A DNA stretch of 63,557 nt, filler included, from Basidiobolus ranarum (Eukaryota), in assembly GCA_040143965.1 (NCBI GenBank). It is 20 parts of 20 records of this genome, joined end to end, with 100 filler letters (N's around TTAATTAATTAA, not from the genome) between each part and the next. Parts side by side here need not be neighbours in the genome. Positions count along the whole stretch, not along the records: positions 60,489 to 63,557 come from JASJQH010002753.1; 19 more parts are not named here. The stretch is one strand, 5' to 3'. The notes under the pieces are model-generated. The model ran no database searches and was not told the DNA's origin. It saw only the letters and a list, made by a program, of their open reading frames with translations. Made by a program: the position numbers and the translations under genes. Below, in pieces: positions 61,325 to 63,557 of the stretch; position 1 is the stretch's first letter; each line of letters begins with the position of its first letter.

Positions 61325-63557
61325 AAGTTGGCTCGATAGTATGGAAAATATCCGATATTTCAAGGAAAGGTTGATTTACACTGCAACTACTTGTAATAAA
61401 GCAAACAAGGTTAATATCCTTAATCGATTGAGTGTAGAAGGTAGTTGCTTTGACCCTTACAATAAGAACAGAAACTTCGATATTAATTGTAAGACTTCTG
61501 GGCTTATTCAGTTAAGACTAATAATCGTTAGTGTCGGAATGTTTTAAAACCAATTCACCTACTCTAAAAAGAGATTATCTCATACACCTATTAGCCGTAA
61601 CTTCAAGATCATTAATCTTTTTGATATTGACATCATTAGCATCTAGATTTTGATCAACGGCTTTCGCACTTGGATGAGGCTGACGCAATCACCCTGGGGG
61701 ATTGAAAAATGTATCGTATTTGATATCGCATTTGGTAATATTCATTCGGGATGATTGCCAATTGCGTCTATCTATACTCCTCTAGTTCATGCTAGATAAT
61801 TGAAGCCGAATAGTCAGACAATATAAAATGAGTATTAAGCGCGCCTAGCTTCATGGTTGGTTTATCTTGTGTGGGGGCGGTGCTGAGTGTAAGTCACTGA
61901 TAACTTAATATGGGCCCGTCCCAGGGAGAGTGGTAAATAGTTTCACACTAAATCTAATATATTTGTATAAAGACTCAAAGTACAAAATTTTAGGATTGTG
62001 CAGCAGATATGTGTCGTTGTTACCCCTCGCCCCACATCCGCATCATGAGATAATCTTGTATATGTATATATTGTTGCTTGATGGATATCAGGCTGTGGAA
62101 TTGTCGGACTCTATATATATTTAAAGTTGAAAATTGTCAGTTTTCTGAATAGTGCACAATCCGTTTTTATCTAATGTATCATTCCACATAGCTATCATCA
62201 CCGCTGTTGACTGAGTCTTTAGATGCTGACCGTGCTCTTGCTAGAAGAAAACCCATGTTTTTGCCAGAAATTATATAAGAGTAGTCTGATGGTTAATAAG
62301 CCCTACTAACAATGGCATTATTGATAAGGTGATCCAAAGCAAGACAGCTATACCTCGTAAGGTAAGGTGAGAATCAATAGTAGTGGTGTAAATTTTACAG
62401 GCGAGATTTATAGCTGGTGTTGATTCTGGAGTGGCTTCCTCACTGAGTGATGGTTACAATGTGTTGAAACTCTCTATATGGGTACACTAGATGAATCAGT
62501 GAATCAAACTAAATATCAAATATCATAGGGCATAGGGCATACTAGTGGCTGGTTGAAATCAATTTGAAAAAGTTTTTCGGGAAACTTTAATAGCACATCC
62601 ATGTCTGACAAGTATTCCAATATCATATGCAACCAAGCGTGTATTTACCAAGGTAGACGCTATAATACAATAATGCACAAATATGAGCTCATTGTCAGAT
62701 AATGAAATGAAAATATTTGATCTCCACAACGCGCTACTGAAAATAGACATTTCTACTAATGATTTTGTTCATAATCTTCAAGTAGTAGGTGTTGGTTTCA
62801 TTGTCCACGTCTACTGTTAAATCCTCTTTCTTATTCGTCATCTTGCTCATCTTCATATTGGCGGCCATGAAGAGCACGAGGATGGTTTTATTGAACATGT
62901 TGCCATTCAAACCTCTTTTGTATTCGCTATCATACTCATATTGTTCATATTGACGACCATAGTGCAAACGAGGATAGCTTTGTTGGACATACCTTCCTTC
63001 AAAACCTCTCCTGCATTCTTTTCCTCAACCTCACGTTGACAATCCTAACGAAAAGAGGATAATTTTGTCCACCAAATATATTTGCATCTAGATCAACCAG
63101 CAAGCAGGTGTAGGTAGGATTATTGTGATATATTTGAGTTTTGAGTAGGTAGAAAATATATTTCATATGGGGTAACTGACACTATTTGCACAAGAGACAG
63201 ATATGTATTAAACTCATCCAAAACCCCCTAAACTGTAATCCTAACTTCCTAGGCACACTAGGAACACATCTTTGTTATTGATTTTCTGCATTTCCCACAT
63301 TGGTATGCATGTTTATTCTTGATTCAATAAGGCAAAAAGTGCATATTATAGATTTTTATATTATTCCTAAGCACTTCCAATTTATTGCAAATACTCACAA
63401 AATAACTTACTAGCAAACTCCACATTGCCAACATTATTGGCTTTGTGATGTGATTTTGTGTTCTTGTCACAATAAGGAACTGGACAAGGACTGGGAACAA
63501 TGACAAGAGGCTAGAAGGCAGGAGAGTACTTGGGTGTAGACCACAAGACAAGACAAG

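Noticed and set aside
62559-63557. Short ORFs and a possible CCTAACGAAAA element end near 63044
   Set aside because: No homology within the window beyond a few bases, and no second end is visible.

Overview
This window is not contiguous genome. It is 20 separate contigs of about 3.1 kb, ordered by decreasing length (3096 to 3069 bp) and joined by a 100-bp artificial linker (44 N + TTAATTAATTAA + 44 N), so gene neighbourhood only means something within a contig. The source is an intron-rich, AT-rich fungus with short GT-AG introns. The gene content suggests an early-diverging lineage (Zoopagomycota/Mucoromycota-like; inference only). Host genes: cystathionine gamma-synthase head-to-head with cystinosin, a PHO84 pseudogene, AKR1, an MgtA-type Mg2+ P-type ATPase, a 51-aa LysM protein, a subtilisin, a coiled-coil gene, a RasGAP, an EBP-type sterol isomerase, a CAP protein, an alpha/beta hydrolase, tandem ADH genes next to a pyruvate decarboxylase 3' end, and a P450. 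Roughly half of the sequence is strongly CpG-depleted transposon DNA: three Copia LTR families (often nested), two EnSpm/CACTA (CMC) families, a CMC MITE, and an ORF1-only element. CMC family A has CCCTAAC termini and a divergent second ORF. The ORF1-only element has tandem 102-bp 5' monomers and a conserved 3' hairpin + CCCTAA end. The best leads are that ORF1-only element, the CMC family architecture, the PDC-ADH-ADH cluster, the sulfur gene pair, and the TE-restricted CpG decay.
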